From: the human T2T-CHM13v2.0 reference genome, Homo sapiens
Reading direction: 5' to 3' (one strand)
DNA length: 64,000 nt
Assembly (NCBI RefSeq): GCF_009914755.1
Contig: NC_060931.1
Within the stretch, counting starts at the first letter, position 1. The number at the start of each line of letters is the position of its first letter. Below, piece by piece: positions 27,591 through 41,566 of the stretch. The notes below the pieces were generated by a model. The model saw only the letters and a list, made by a program, of their open reading frames with translations, was not told the DNA's origin and did not search any database. The position numbers and the translations under genes are program-made.

Positions 27591-28951
27591 TCTGGACATT
27601 GAGATTTGGAGTGAAGGTGTTGTCAAATTCAATTCCTTACAAACTGAGGTCTAACAAACTTTAATAGGGAAGTTGGGATATATAACAGCTTCAAATGTGA
27701 TCCAGAGTGATATCTGCTTTCATCAATGGTAATGAACTTAAGGAGAGACAATAAGCCAACAAAAGGAGATTAGAAAAACATTGAGTTGTATGAACTTGAA
27801 AGTTATAAGGAAGACAAAGCATTTCCTATAGCATTTCTCTTTGGATTTCTGAAGACATTCAATTACAGGAACTTAACAAATGTTTAATGAATGAAAGGAT
27901 AAAAGTGACTGCCAGTTTGAAACAATGAATATAATTAAATTCTGAGGATTGGGTTAATTGAATTTTCTCCAGCTATTAAAAAGAATCTGAATCCAGGAAA
28001 TCATAGGTTCAGTTCAAATATAACTCATGTTTAGTTCATAAGTCATTTACTACCTCAAGTCACTTTCTTCCAGAAGCTATTTTTCAGAAGTAAAGGATGA
28101 ACACAGCATCCCTGAATGTGGAGTATATCTATGCCAGGAATCAGGGAAAATAAAATGAAAGGATATTGTAGAATGAATGAATTACAACTGTGTGACTTGA
28201 GCCTCATTTGAGAAGAAGAAGATGCACAACAGAAGCTTAGTTTAACATACAAAATATTTAACATAGAAACTGATATTTAAGTCTGCACAATTTACCAGAA
28301 CACACTGGTATGTGTGAAATCCCAAGAGACAAGTCTATAGACTGGTAACTGAGACTGTGAAAATTGAAGGAAATTAAAGGGAACAAATACATTTCTTCTT
28401 GGGTAATTTTAAATAAACTCCCTCAATTGTCTTCATTTTTCATTTCCATGGAGGTTTTTGCTATGAATCCTAATAATCTAGACATGGTACAATCAATGGC
28501 ACAAAATTTGAATAATTGGTTTTTATTGCTAAATCACAGGGACTTTTAAATCTAAAGTCATCAAAATTTGGCTATGAACAAAGGTTTATTAAAGAATAGA
28601 CAAACTTTCAGAGAATTTCTGAAAAATATGTATGTTCTTGATTTTATAAATGCATGTACATTAAAACCTAAAATATATCCTAGGAAACAACTATTCATTG
28701 GAACCTATAATTTGAGCTTATATGCATTTCCTGAGGACTATTCATGATTGATCTTATGAAATAATGAATGTATAAATAATTGTGTACTTTTTCTCAGAAG
28801 CAAAAATCATACTTTTAATAAAGGTTCAAATAATCTCTACTCATAAAAATCAATGGTTGAGTTTGAAAATATTATATTAGTCACTTGCTTTTTCTTGTCT
28901 GCTTCCTCATGAGGTTCTTTGAGGAAAACAAAAACATATACTTAAAATTTA

Positions 28952-29330
28952 CAGTATTAATCAGGGATTTTAGTTACAAATAGCATATTTGGTTGCAAAT
29001 AGCATAGTTTACAGAATCTCTAGCTGGGCCAAAAACAAGGCTTGAAGGCCACACAATTGGGGACCGTGCTCAATGACATAAGGTAGAGCTGATTGGAGGA
29101 AACACTGCTGCTCCTCCCAGTGTGCTCAGAATCTACAGATAAGGGGCAGTGGATGCCAGCATTCTAACTTCTTCATTGTCTGCTTTTGGAAGCTGCATGT
29201 CACCAGCATGGATTTGACAAGGGGTCTGAACTTTTGTCACTAATTTCTGATTCAATTTGGTGCATGTGGTTTCTAGATGGTAGGTAACATATCTGTGTCC
29301 ATAGTATACCAAATCACCTGGCTTCAAAGT
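28952..29330. mobile_element. Possible ancient MLT1-type LTR
   Basis: tattaatcagggattttagttacaaa start and tttacagaatctc; weak resemblance only. Confidence 0.3.
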
Positions 29331-29784
29331 ATGGGGGACATAATAGCATGTTCAAAGGCATAACACTTACTCCACTAGCACCAGCAGGCCATTTGGTGAT
29401 GTCTCCACTCTAAATTAGAATAAATTCAAATTATGCAAGTTAATGAGTCATACAGCTTTACAATCTGCAAGCTGTAAGTCAGTTAGGATGTGGCATCTAA
29501 GGTCTTTGGGGAGAGAGAGTTGCAAGTGAGGCAGATGTTGTTAGACACATCTTCAGGGATGTGAGCTTAAGGAAAGTTAAGACTCTATCTCACATCAAGT
29601 CAGCCAAGCTTCATTCTTCATTGTGTCTATGCAACATACTATTAATTATTTTTGTCAAGAACAAATAAGATAAACTAACAAGAAAAAGAGATTCTGTAGG
29701 GGATTTTTTAATTCTTTCCTTTTTTATATTCAAAATTTATAATAAAAATATTTCAGAAAGTAATAGTAGTTAATGCTCATTAAT

Positions 29785-30040
29785 CGTTTACTATATGCAG
29801 TACTTACTATTCATTTACTATATGCTAGGCATTGTTCTAAATATTTTATACATAATAACTCAAACTTCACAAATAATGAAATACTGAAATATTTTTGTTC
29901 CATTTTACATATAAGAGAAATAAGGCACAGCAAGTTTAAACAAATGGCCTATGGCAATACAGCTAGTAAGTGGCAGAACTGAGATTTGAACGTATGCAGT
30001 CTGACCACCTTGTCTCTTTTCTTCAACACCATTCTACATA
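29785..30040 (-). mobile_element. MIR
   Basis: ccattttacatataagagaaataaggcacag...acagctagtaagtggcagaactgagatttgaac. Confidence 0.85.
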
Positions 30041-30149
30041 GTCTAAATTAGACCCTGGAATAGGGATCCTAAATGCAAATAGAACACCAATGCTGGCTGC
30101 CCAATTAGAAACAGTTATACTAATAAACTATTATACAATACTTAATTAT

Positions 30150-30280
30150 TAGAGTGACTACAAATCCATATTTGCATGGGACAATCCTGGGTTATTCCTC
30201 TGCCCTATTATTATAATGAATAGTGATCCTTTTATTCCTGAAATGGCCTGCTTTCAAAAATAAATTACAAAGTCATTTGA
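30150..30280. mobile_element. MER81-like hAT-Blackjack MITE
   Basis: tagagtgactac...gggacaatcctggg...ataaattacaaagtcattt resembles MER81. Confidence 0.55.
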
Positions 30281-30997
30281 TGAAAAAATGCATGTGTGAT
30301 TTTAGAATACGGATTTTTGATATTTTAGAATATCAAAAAAAAAGAATTGTAAATGTTAAAATGAAGGCTATCGAAGACCTTCTTTTTCTTATTCTTTGGA
30401 GGAGAGTCAGCTATTGTATTTAACATGTCATCAAAGTATAATAAATTAAATATATAAAATATTTCTGTGCACATACAAGCAGATTATTCACACATACTGT
30501 TGATTAAATTGGTTCATGCTATGTTTCTTCCACATATTTTACATAATAGAAAAACAATCATGGACTTAGTTTCTTTTGTACTTAGTAATGGATGAAATCA
30601 TGGTTTTCCATGTTACCTCATATTTAATAAATTCTGGGAGATATAAGAAGCTAGAAAAATGGACAGGGCTTCCAACTTTTTTGAGGAGCCATTAATTATA
30701 TTAATTAAACACATTTTAAAATCTGTCATCAATATTCCCAAGATTTCCAAAGCTTATGGTATGACCTTTTCTTTAAGGTGTGACATAGAAAACTTTGATT
30801 ATCATTTTTGAAAAGAAAAATTATGGCATTATATAAATGGATCACAATTGCCATAAACCTATTATCTTATAATAATAGGTTTACAACCTATTATAACAGG
30901 CTTACAACTTATTAAAGAACTATAAATAATCTGAAAAACAAACCTAAAAAACCCTTCCAACTCCTTCTCCCCATTTGCAAAACTTAGAAAACCTTAA

Positions 30998-31404
<407 letters not shown>

Positions 31405-32185
31405 CCAACCCATCATTTTTTCCAATACTTCTATAGAAACCAATAAATATTTAATATATTTTAAACCTATAAATATAAGACCAGTAGATGACTAACATTA
31501 AAAAGTAGCACACATATATGTGAAAAACATAATTTTCATAGAACAACAAATTACTTTTGACAAGATCATTCTAAAAAATTAAGGAAGCACGAATGCATTT
31601 TGTGTTGAATAATTGATGCTATCAGGGCTGACTGATAAGATCCTTATATATTACATATGTATTTCATAAATCCCATGATTCTTATCTTTTTTCTAATCTT
31701 CATTTTGTCTTTTGGGCAATGGTCTTGTGTTTGCTGCATAAGGTTATGAGTGATGTTAATGAGAGCATCTGTCACAACAGAAAAAGTCAAACTGTTATTA
31801 TTAGGAGGCAGGTTTAAAGTTGCTCCTTAGCAAAGCAAAAACAAATAAAAACCATTGCTGATTTTGTACTTTGAAGAAGAAAATTAGCTGCTTCAATGCA
31901 TTTTACAATGTAATATTGCTAATATTTCTAAATGAGAAAATAAATCACTACAGTTTCGGTAGGCCCAGAGTTTCCTTTTAATTTTTCAAAATCTATGTAG
32001 GTTTCTAATGATACTCTAATTAACTGTAATAGGTGTTTGCAACTGAAATTCAAAACAATACTAAAGAGAAATTTAGAGGTCGGTGCCTAAATTTGTCTTT
32101 AAATAAACTACCTGTAATATATAACTTAAATAAATTTCTGAAAATAGCACTTTCGCAGGTGGAAAACTGCTTTATTATTGTATTA

Positions 32186-32210
32186 CACACATACACACAC
32201 ACACACACAC
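32186..32210. repeat. (CA)n microsatellite
   Basis: Directly visible. Confidence 0.9.
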
Positions 32211-32769
32211 GCATATTTCTGTTATATATTCACCTGTATTTCTATTGAAATACTGCCAATGACAATTCCCATTTACTAGGCTTTTCTTTTTCATAGCCAG
32301 TTCACCTCCAACTGTTTGTTTCTTCCTAAAGATGACACTTCATTTCCACCTTACATTTAAAAGTTTGGACTTAATTTTTTAGATAAATGAATATAGTTGA
32401 ACTGAACATTCAAAAACAAAAAGTCTTATCAGCTCTCTATATTTTAATTTAAGGAAGTCTGCCTTTTAAGATAAAACAAATAGTAACTATATTAACTTTA
32501 GGCAAGTCATCTCCCTAAATTAATGCATGCAATATATTTCTGTTTGAAAGTCTGAAGGTGTCTCAATCAGTCTTATATATCACCTAGTTATTAAAAATAG
32601 AGCATTTATATTGATTTCTTCCACCCTTCTGTTTTGCTTTGCGAAGCTGCTACAATCAGACCAAGTCCAGAATGGAGTGGGAAGAGTGTAAAGATAAGCA
32701 GAAAACAGAGATTACAAATACAAGAATGAGAAGGGTTTGAAACTAACAACTTTGTCAGCTGGACGTGTG

Positions 32770-34310
32770 TACTGCAAAAGAGGCACAGAATTACCTAACA
32801 CGTCCCAGCAGGAACCAATGTAGCATTCCTGGGATTGAATTTTGATGGCTCTTGATCAAGAAAACAGACAGGGTTTAAACAAGAGGTCATAGACTTGGGA
32901 GCACTTCTCACACATGAAATTTAACATACTCTGACACTTCTCAAGAGAAGACATTTATGCAGCCAAGACACATGAAAAAATGCTCATCATCACTGCCCAT
33001 CAGAGAAATGCAAATCAAAACCACAATGAGATACCATCTCACACCAGTTAGAATGGCGATCATTAAAATGTCAGGAAACAACAGGTGCTGGAGAGGATGT
33101 GGAGAAATAGGAACACTTTTACACTGTTGGTGGGACTGTAAACTAGTTCAACCATTGTGGAAGACACTGTGGCGATTCCTCAGGGATCTAGAACTAGAAA
33201 TACCATTTGACCCAGCCATCCCATTACTGGGTATATACCCAAAGGATTATAAATCATGCTGCTATAAAGACACATGCACATGTATGTTTATTGCAGCACT
33301 ATTCGCAATAGCAAAGACTTGGAACCAACCCAAATGTCCAACAATAATAGACGATTAAGAAAATGTGGCACATATACACCATGGAATACTATGCAGCCAT
33401 AAAAAATGATGAGTTCCTGTACTTTGTAGGGACATGGATGAAGCTGGAAACCATCATTCTCAGCAAACTATCGCAAGACAAAAAACCAAACACTGCATGT
33501 TCTCACTCATAGGTGGGAATTGAACAACGAGAACACATGGACACAGGAAGGGGAACATGGGGTCTGTTGTGAGGTAGGGGGAGGGAGGAGGTATAGCATT
33601 AGGAGATATAGCTAATGTCAAATGATGAGTTAATGGGTGCAGCACACCAACATGGCACATGTATACATATGTAACAAACCTGCATGTTGTGCACATGTAC
33701 CCTAAAACTTAAAGTATAATAAAAAAAAAAAAAGAAAGAAAATTTAACATACTGGCTCACTACAAAATGGCTCTTAGAAGCCTGGAGAAAACAATTGTCC
33801 ACACCAAGCAAAGTAGAAATGCCTGAGTTTTTCTGGCACACAGTACAAGAAGGAGTCTAAATGGTTCAGAAAAGTGACCTTGCAGTAAGGAATATCCAAA
33901 GTGAGATCAGACAACCACCAGGGGATTACATTCTGCAAGAATGTGCAAAGGACATCATACTCACTTACAAAAGTCATCAGCAATACACTGGTAAAGGGAG
34001 CACTGGCCCCAGTAACTTCAGTCATGGCCTTCTTCTGTAAGCCAAGGTGACGGTAGGCAGGTGGTCACAGAACTATATTTGATAGTAATAGAAAAGATGG
34101 GACCTCAATATTCCATCAACAGACCCCAAAGCAATAAAGGAGAAATAAAGTTTTTAATTGCTGGAAGCCAGGGGACCACAATGATTATAGTGACCAGCAT
34201 TCAGAAAGAAAGGTAAGGATCTTGACCAACAGGAGTTAAGGAGATAATTAATAGAACATAGTGTCTGTAAAAGCAAAATAGTTGGGCAGAAATTTAATCC
34301 AAAAGAAAGT
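32770..34310 (+). pseudogene. ERVL-class gag remnant split by an L1PA4 insertion
   Basis: Translates to SQQEPM*HSWD*ILMALDQ, IDLGAL, and from 33768 WLLEAWRKQLSTPSKVEMPEFFWHTVQEGV*, resembling HERV-L/ERV3-16 gag; contains stops and frameshifts. Confidence 0.75.
32933..33739 (+). mobile_element. 5'-truncated L1PA4-like element
   Basis: ORF2 C-terminal remnant ([25 protein letters not shown]), 3'UTR and poly-A; 14 bp TSD aaatttaacatact at 32917-32930 and 33740-33753. Confidence 0.95.
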
Positions 34311-34419
34311 AGATTTCTTTGTCATTATTATATAATTTTCCTTGTGTTTTCTATAAGTCCTAGCCTTCATTAATTGGTGTGTTTTTCTTCATTTTTAGGC
34401 ATTCAATAACCTCGTCTGT

Positions 34420-34565
34420 CTTTATTCATTAACCCATCTGATGTTTATTAAGGGTATATTATATGCTAGTTTTACTGGAGATATGACAGTGAACAAACCA
34501 ATGTTCCTCTCCGCTTGGCACTTACATTCTCTAAAAGAAAGAGAGGCAAGAGAGAAATTAGCATG
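34420..34565 (-). mobile_element. L2 3' fragment
   Basis: tggagatatgacagtgaacaaacc...cttacattct. Confidence 0.55.
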
Positions 34566-34921
34566 TGTATTATTCTGTTCTCATGCTGCTAATGAAGACA
34601 TACCTGAGTCTGGGTAAAGGAAACAGGTTTAATAGACTCAGAGTTCCACATGGCTGGGGAGGCCTCACAATCATGGCAGAAGGGAAAGGAGAAGCAAAGG
34701 CACATAGCTCATGGCGGTAGGCAAAGGAAACATGTGCAGGGCAACTCCCCTTTATAAAACCATCAGATCTCATGAGACTTATTCACTATCACATGAACAG
34801 CCCAGAAAGACCCATCCCATGATTCAATTACCTCCCACCAGGTCCCTCCCACAACATGTGGGAATTATGGGAGCTATAATTCAAGATGAGATTTGGGTGG
34901 GGACACAGCCAAACCATATCA
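34566..34921 (-). mobile_element. THE1B solo LTR
   Basis: tgtatta...gggacacagccaaaccatatca, 356 bp. Confidence 0.92.
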
Positions 34922-37399
34922 CTATGCAAAGTGTCAGATGATAATCGCTGTTCTGGGTAAATTGGAAAAGGTTCCAGGAGTTGGTAGAGTAGTATAGCTT
35001 TATTGTTTTCTTGTCTCTTTCTTCCTGGTTAAATCACAGTTTCAAGATAAACAATTTTCACCCTAGTCTGCAGAAGTTTTAACAAAAATTACAAAGAGAT
35101 ACTAATGTTTGTTTGCATGAATTACAAAATATGTCTCCATCATTGTTTAGTAGGGGAAGCATTTTGAAGAAGTTAAACGAAAGAATCTTCTTCTCTGGAT
35201 TAGTACCATGTCTTCTGCCTATACACACCCCAAAAATCCTTTCACCAACATCTTGCACTCTTTTCCATATATTATACAACAATTAGGGCAGAATTTATTT
35301 AAGCTTTTGATTAATTCTTGTAATGAATATGTTCTAAGTGCCTACCTCAGAAACAATGGATTCTCCAAGATGTAGGTTTGTATATTTCTATAAAATATTT
35401 CATAGGCAAATATGTAGATAAGACAGGCAGACATCCAATTTCTGTTCTTACTGATTTTCATGAAGTGTTAAAATATTGCTAGGGTAAAGTGACTGTCATC
35501 ACCAGTAAAAGCTGATGCTCCAGGTGTTTTGCTCATATGGTAACAAGATAGCGATGGTTGCTACTTTAATGATAATAAGCTAAGAATCTTGCATACTGTT
35601 TAACTCTGTCATCACACTAATAGCTTCATTTGGGCACAGCCAATGCCACATTATTATATCTTATATCTACATAATATATATAATCAGTGGCACTTTTCTC
35701 TCTCTCTTCAACATCAAACATCATGCCATCTATTTTCCTCTTGCTATTGAAACGTGTCCCTTTCAAATACTTCAGACTTCATTGGCATTTGCTGCTGCTC
35801 TGAAGAAGGCATTTGGCAGCAATTTTTAAAACGACAGTGGGGTTATTTAGAAGACCTCATGCTCCATGGCATTTTTGTCATTCTGCCTTTTCCCTGTAGC
35901 TGTGTAGCAACATTAATGTGACAGCAAGCTATCTAACCTTGTGTGACCTAGTTTAATTAGCTTCCCTAGGCCTCATGGTATCATCTGTAAAATGAACCAA
36001 GTAGAAAAGAAACGACAAAACCATGCTGATAATGTAAATTACAGAACATTCCATTTTGAGAAAATTTTATTTTGACAGATGAATTTCAAACTATCATTTA
36101 CTTATTTTTTATTTAGTAAAACAAGAATTTAATATTAAGAAGATGATAATTACTGAAATTAGGTTAGAGATTTTGCTAATAAGAGAAACATAATATGTTG
36201 GAAAATCTCATTCTTAAGTTACTAGTATGATTACCATACAACAATGTGCAAAAGTTAAAGTTGCTTGAAAGTCATATTCCAAATTGGATCAAATGCACTC
36301 TGATGCAGCCATCTGCAATCAAATCTGTGCTACGCTACGTGATGGGAAAGCAAAATAAAATAATGCTGGAGTGAAAACCTTCCCTTAAATAATAGATGCT
36401 GATAATTGTGGCCAGATTGCTCTTGCTTTAATCTATTAATATAATTCTTAGTAATTTATGTATTCAAGTATTATTAGAAGGACATCAAAACAAACTAAAT
36501 TTGAGAACACACCAAAGAAAACTGCTATGTTTTAAATAGCTTTAGATTTTAGGAATATGATTGGGGAAAGACCAAGGCTGCTGGAGGGTATGTAACAGAA
36601 ATGGAGAATCAGGCTTCCATATTGTTCTCCCTGAGGTTTAGTTGTCCCTGTACTGAGAAAACATATTTTCACCTAATACTACCTTTACTGGCACCCTAGT
36701 GATTGGTGACAGGGCTATATCTTTTGGTTATCTCTAGATACATGATTCTTGAAAACATTAATTGCAACAAGAGCAAGCACAAGAACAAATGAGTTAGATA
36801 AAACTCTATCAAAAGAATTGGTACAATAAGGACAATATACCATGACATAGAATGGCACTCCTCCAATTTGTTAAACCCATCCCTTTCTTCACATTATTGC
36901 TTCTATCTTTTGCATAAGAAATGCACTTGGAATTTCAGTGATTACTCTGCTAAGAGTTTAGCTAAAGATTATAAATTATATTATCGCTGTGTGAGCTGCA
37001 ATTGATTTTATTTACTGGATAAAGGTCTGGAAAATATCAGCTATGTATAGATCCTTTACTGGTTTTGATTTGATCAGTTTTCTCTCAGAAATTAAAATCT
37101 TGGATAATATTTCTTCATAATAATAATAGAACAGGGAAATGATTAGTCGGTTTCCCTATTTCTCTGAGTTAAATTCACTCTGAAACAATCCAGCAAGAAA
37201 TTATAATCCCAAAAATACAAGCAATTAAACAAAGAGTTGATAGCATATATTTAATTCTTAAGCCAGAGATAATGATAAGCAGCTTAATAATACATAAGAA
37301 CAATATGGAAATATTCCAAGTAAATCAGCGGGGTTCAGGACCCATTCCTTCTTGCCTGCACAAATATATCACTCTAGCAATGCTTCTTGCTTCTTCCTG

Positions 37400-37695
37400 A
37401 ATACTTAATTTTTCTTTTTAAACTTGTTCGTTACCATCTAAAAATACTCACATTTAAAAAACTGTTTCTGGCTTGACCTTCGCCTCAATTTTTTTCCCAT
37501 TTTTTTATTCCCCTTCACAGAAAATCTCATTGAGAGAATGTGTTATTTGTAGTTTCTATGATGCCTCTTCTATTTCCCTTCGGCCCCGCCTATTCAGACT
37601 TTCACCCTAACATGCCAGTATAACTCTCTTGCCAAAGTAACCAATCACCTCATTCTTACTAAGTACAATGTCAATTTTCAGTCATTATTCTAATT
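37400..37695 (+). mobile_element. L2 fragment
   Basis: ctcttgccaaagtaaccaatcacctcattcttactaagtacaatgtcaattttcagtc. Confidence 0.6.
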
Positions 37696-37699
37696 AATG

Positions 37700-39390
37700 T
37701 GGAGGCTCTGGAGTATTTGAAAGCCATTCCTGGGAGTCAAGAAATAGTTCTTTGCTGTCACTGTGTTTGTTGTGTTCTCTGTTCTTTGTCCTCTATTAAA
37801 TCTACTAAATGTGTTGCTGTGTTAAGCCTATTGTGCCTTATAAGTTTGATTATCAATCAGAAGTCAGGACCAGTGCTACTTCTTAACCACTTCCAGCTAT
37901 TGCAGATTGGTATCATTAATGCAACTGACTTTTAGACCTACAACTCAATATGGCAAGGGTGCTTTATGGTGAAGAAAAGAAGAGGAAAGACAGACATAAG
38001 AATAAAAAGAAAGAAGGGGAAAGAAAGAGAAAAGAGTGAAGATTTTGATGTCCAACGAGTTGCTGACTCACTATCAGTATGAAGTCACAAAAATTCTGTG
38101 TCAGAATATCAGGCATAAATTTCATGTATTTTATTTATTTGTTTGCTTGTTTATTTACTTATAAGTAAAAAGGTTTGAATCCTGAAGATTTGGGAAAATG
38201 AATTTATAAGATAAGGCAGACAGACAAAAAATTAGTGAGTAGTACTCCGATGTGGTTGTTGCTTAGCTGAATTTTAGTGTTAGTAAAATTGTTAGAAACT
38301 GAAGGAAAGAAAAGAGTCAATCATACTGGGTAAGACAGACCATCAAACAAGGTCTTGTTATACACCAATGATTCCATTGGGGATTTGGAAAATACAGTGT
38401 TCAGTTATTATTCTCTATGTATGACTATTGTTCACTAGACACATTCCTAGGTACACAATGTAGTGGAGAGGTGACCACGGATATTTATGGATAGAATACA
38501 GTTCAAAGGCACATGACTCTTTGCTTGATAATACTAGCAACCACCTGATGAATCTTTGCTCTCTCAGATTCTTTGACTAATGATCAGGAGACTAACAATT
38601 CTATGGCAGACATATGTGAACAAAACGGACTATGTAAGTTGAGTTCCAGCAGTGTTCAGCATACAAACAATTTTCTAGAATTTAGAAGTAATTGAATTGA
38701 TTTATTTGGAATAGATAAAGGCATAAACAGAACATAAATACAGCAAGTTTGCGCTGGAAAAGGTTTCTGTTTGGCTTTCTCACTTTTCTAAAACAATGGA
38801 CTATCCCCTGAAACTCTTGAAATATTTCACATACAAGCAAATTGATTGGGTTTATGATGACAAGAAACAACCCAACCAAAATAGTATGTGGCTGTAATGT
38901 AAACAAATATGATATGGGCAGTGCCTTTTGACTGGGCTCCTTTATTTCAACCGTATATTCAAAGGGTTATAGACCATATAGGAAATAACCCACCTGCTAT
39001 CATATCTGCCATGCATTTATTTGATTTAATAATGAAAAAGGTTTTAACCGTTCCAAAGAAGGAAGATGGGCAAAATAAAAATAAGAGAAATTGGGGAAAA
39101 ATAATGGTTAAGTTGAGTCGAAATCTGTCTGTAGGTGATAAAGAGCAAAATGAAAATCAAAATGAGGAAATTAACAATGCTGTTACAAAATACCTATCCA
39201 ACCAAGATCACCAGATCAAGGATGATATTACATTATGCTTATCCCAGCTTTGGTCGCTATCAAACTTCAAAGGCTTTAAAAATCCTTCTCCATTTATCCT
39301 AAGTGGAATAAATTTAAATCCAATGATGCTGAAAGAGACTGGAAGAAGAAAGCATTGATGTGATATATTAATGAAAGTTTTTAATTGCCA
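37700..39390 (+). mobile_element. Probable ancient ERVL-group LTR end plus internal (gag-like) remnant
   Basis: attaaa, then ...ttgca-gattggtatca (PBS-like); from 38178 NPEDLGK*IYKIRQTDKKLVSSTPMWLLLS*; similarity judged from memory only. Confidence 0.35.
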
Positions 39391-39482
39391 GAAATTGTCA
39401 AACCATTATTAATACATTATTATTAACTGAAGTACATAGTTTATAATAGGATTCACTCTTTGAGTTCAATACTTCTATGGAC

Positions 39483-39782
39483 TTTTTTTTTTTTTTTGAG
39501 GCAGGGTCTTACTCTGTCACCTGGACTTGAGTGCAGTGGCATAATCATGGCTCACTGCATCCTTGACCTTCTGGGTGCAAGCAATCTTCACACCTCAGCC
39601 TCCTAAGTAGCTCAAACCATAGGCATGCACAGCCATTCCCCATAATTTTTTGTTTTCATTTTTGTTAAGATGGCATCTTCCTATGTTGCCCAGTCTAGTC
39701 TCGAACTCCTGGGCTCAAGTGATCCTCCTACCTAAGCCTCCCATAGTGCTCAGATTACAGGTGCAAGCCATCATGCCCAGGC
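39483..39782 (-). mobile_element. AluJ
   Basis: Antisense Alu with J diagnostics; flanking ttctatgga duplicated. Confidence 0.9.
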
Positions 39783-40960
39783 AGTTCTATGGATTTTCAA
39801 ACGTAAAATATCTTCTACCCACCATTACACTATCACACTATCACACAGATTAGATTCACTCCCCTAACATTTCCTATGTTCCAACTATTCATTTCTCACC
39901 CTCTGCCCACACCCTACCCACGAAATCTTTAGCCACTATTGATCTTTTTTACTGTCTCCTTACTTTTGTATTTTTCAGAATGCCTTATAGTTAGAATCAT
40001 ACATTAGGTAGTCTTGCCAGTTATGCTTACTTCACTTAGCGATATTCATTTTAGATTCCTCCATGTCTTTTAATGACTTGATGGCTCATTCATTTTAACT
40101 GCTGAATAATATTGTTTTATATGGATGTACCATAGTTTATCAACTAATTAACTGAAGGACATCTTGATTTCTTCCAATTTTAAACAACTGTGAATACAGC
40201 TATATAACATTCATATGCAAGTTTTTGTATAGACAAGTTTGCAACTCACTTCAGTAAATACTAGAAATGTGATTGATGGATGGTGTGGTAAAACTAGGTT
40301 TAGCTTTGTGTGTAATAAACTGCCAAACTGTCTTTCATTTTTGCATTCCCGTAAGCGATGTATGAAAGTTTCTGTTACTGCATATTCTCGTCAGGATTTG
40401 GTGTTGTTCTTGTATTAAATTTTAGTCATTCTAGGTGTGTAGTGGCATCTTATTTTAATTTTAATTCGATGACAATATAAGATGTTGGGCAGCTTCTCAT
40501 ATGTTTTTAATAGACATGTTTGTCATTTTATGTACTTCACTTGTCTTTCTGCATGAGTGAGGACTTCCAGTATAATATACAATAGGAGTGGCAGAAGGGG
40601 GCATCCTTGCCTTGTTCCTGACCTTATGGGAAAATCATCTATTTTCTCACTACTGAATTTTAGATTAGCTACTTGATTATTATTTTTAGATTTTTTTTTT
40701 GTCAAGTTGAGAGGGTTCCCCTGTATTCCCAGTCCGATGAAAGTTTTGTTTGCTGGTTTGTTTGTTTTTATCATTAAACAGTATTGCATTTTGTCAAATA
40801 CCTTTTCTGCATCTATTGCTATGAAAACATGATTTTCTTGTTTAGCCAGTAGATGTGATGAATTACATTAATTTATTTTTGCATGTTGAAACAGCCTTGC
40901 ATACTTAAAATATACCCCTATGACAAATTGGTATAATTTATATTGTCTATGCATGTATTC

Positions 40961-41566
40961 TGAATGTAAGTTAAACTTTCTCAGTCACCCTTGACACAGT
41001 ATCCCATTCTTTACCTCCTCTTAGTTCTTCAGTGTGGCTGCTCCAGAGTCTGTCTTATACAACTCTCTCCTAGTGACCGCCTCCCTATAGGACAGCTAAA
41101 TTCAATCTACTTGACTCATCAGTTGTTCATTCCCCACACCCCACAAGGACTGCATAAATATGTTCCAGTGACCATCTCTCAGTCACAGAGTAACCCCACA
41201 CATCTCATGCCTCGTTGCCTTAAACTCAATAGTTAGAAGTGCCTGAGGAAAGCATGCTTGGGTAATGCTCTAGACCTAAGGGGTTCCTCACTGTCTTTTT
41301 CTCTTGTTCTTCACCTACTGCTTGAACACGTCTGTCCTGGACAGCTGCCCTCTTCCCATTGGCTGTGCAAAGTGTGCTGCCCTCTTCCCTCTGGATCTGT
41401 AAGTAATAAAAATGCTTCTGTCGTTTCAAGTGTTTGACTGTGCTGCCTCCTCTGTTTCTCACTGACTGACACACCTGAACCTAAATTCTTTCCTGATCAG
41501 AGCTATAATTTATAGCTACCCTCAAGAGGGAGACTTCAACACCAAATTAGAAAGAATTTATAAACA
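40961..41566 (+). mobile_element. ERVL solo LTR, LTR62/LTR32/LTR18 group
   Basis: gtgaccatctctcagtcacag, ctgtaagtaataaa poly-A region, terminal gagacttcaacaccaaattagaaag. Confidence 0.65.
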
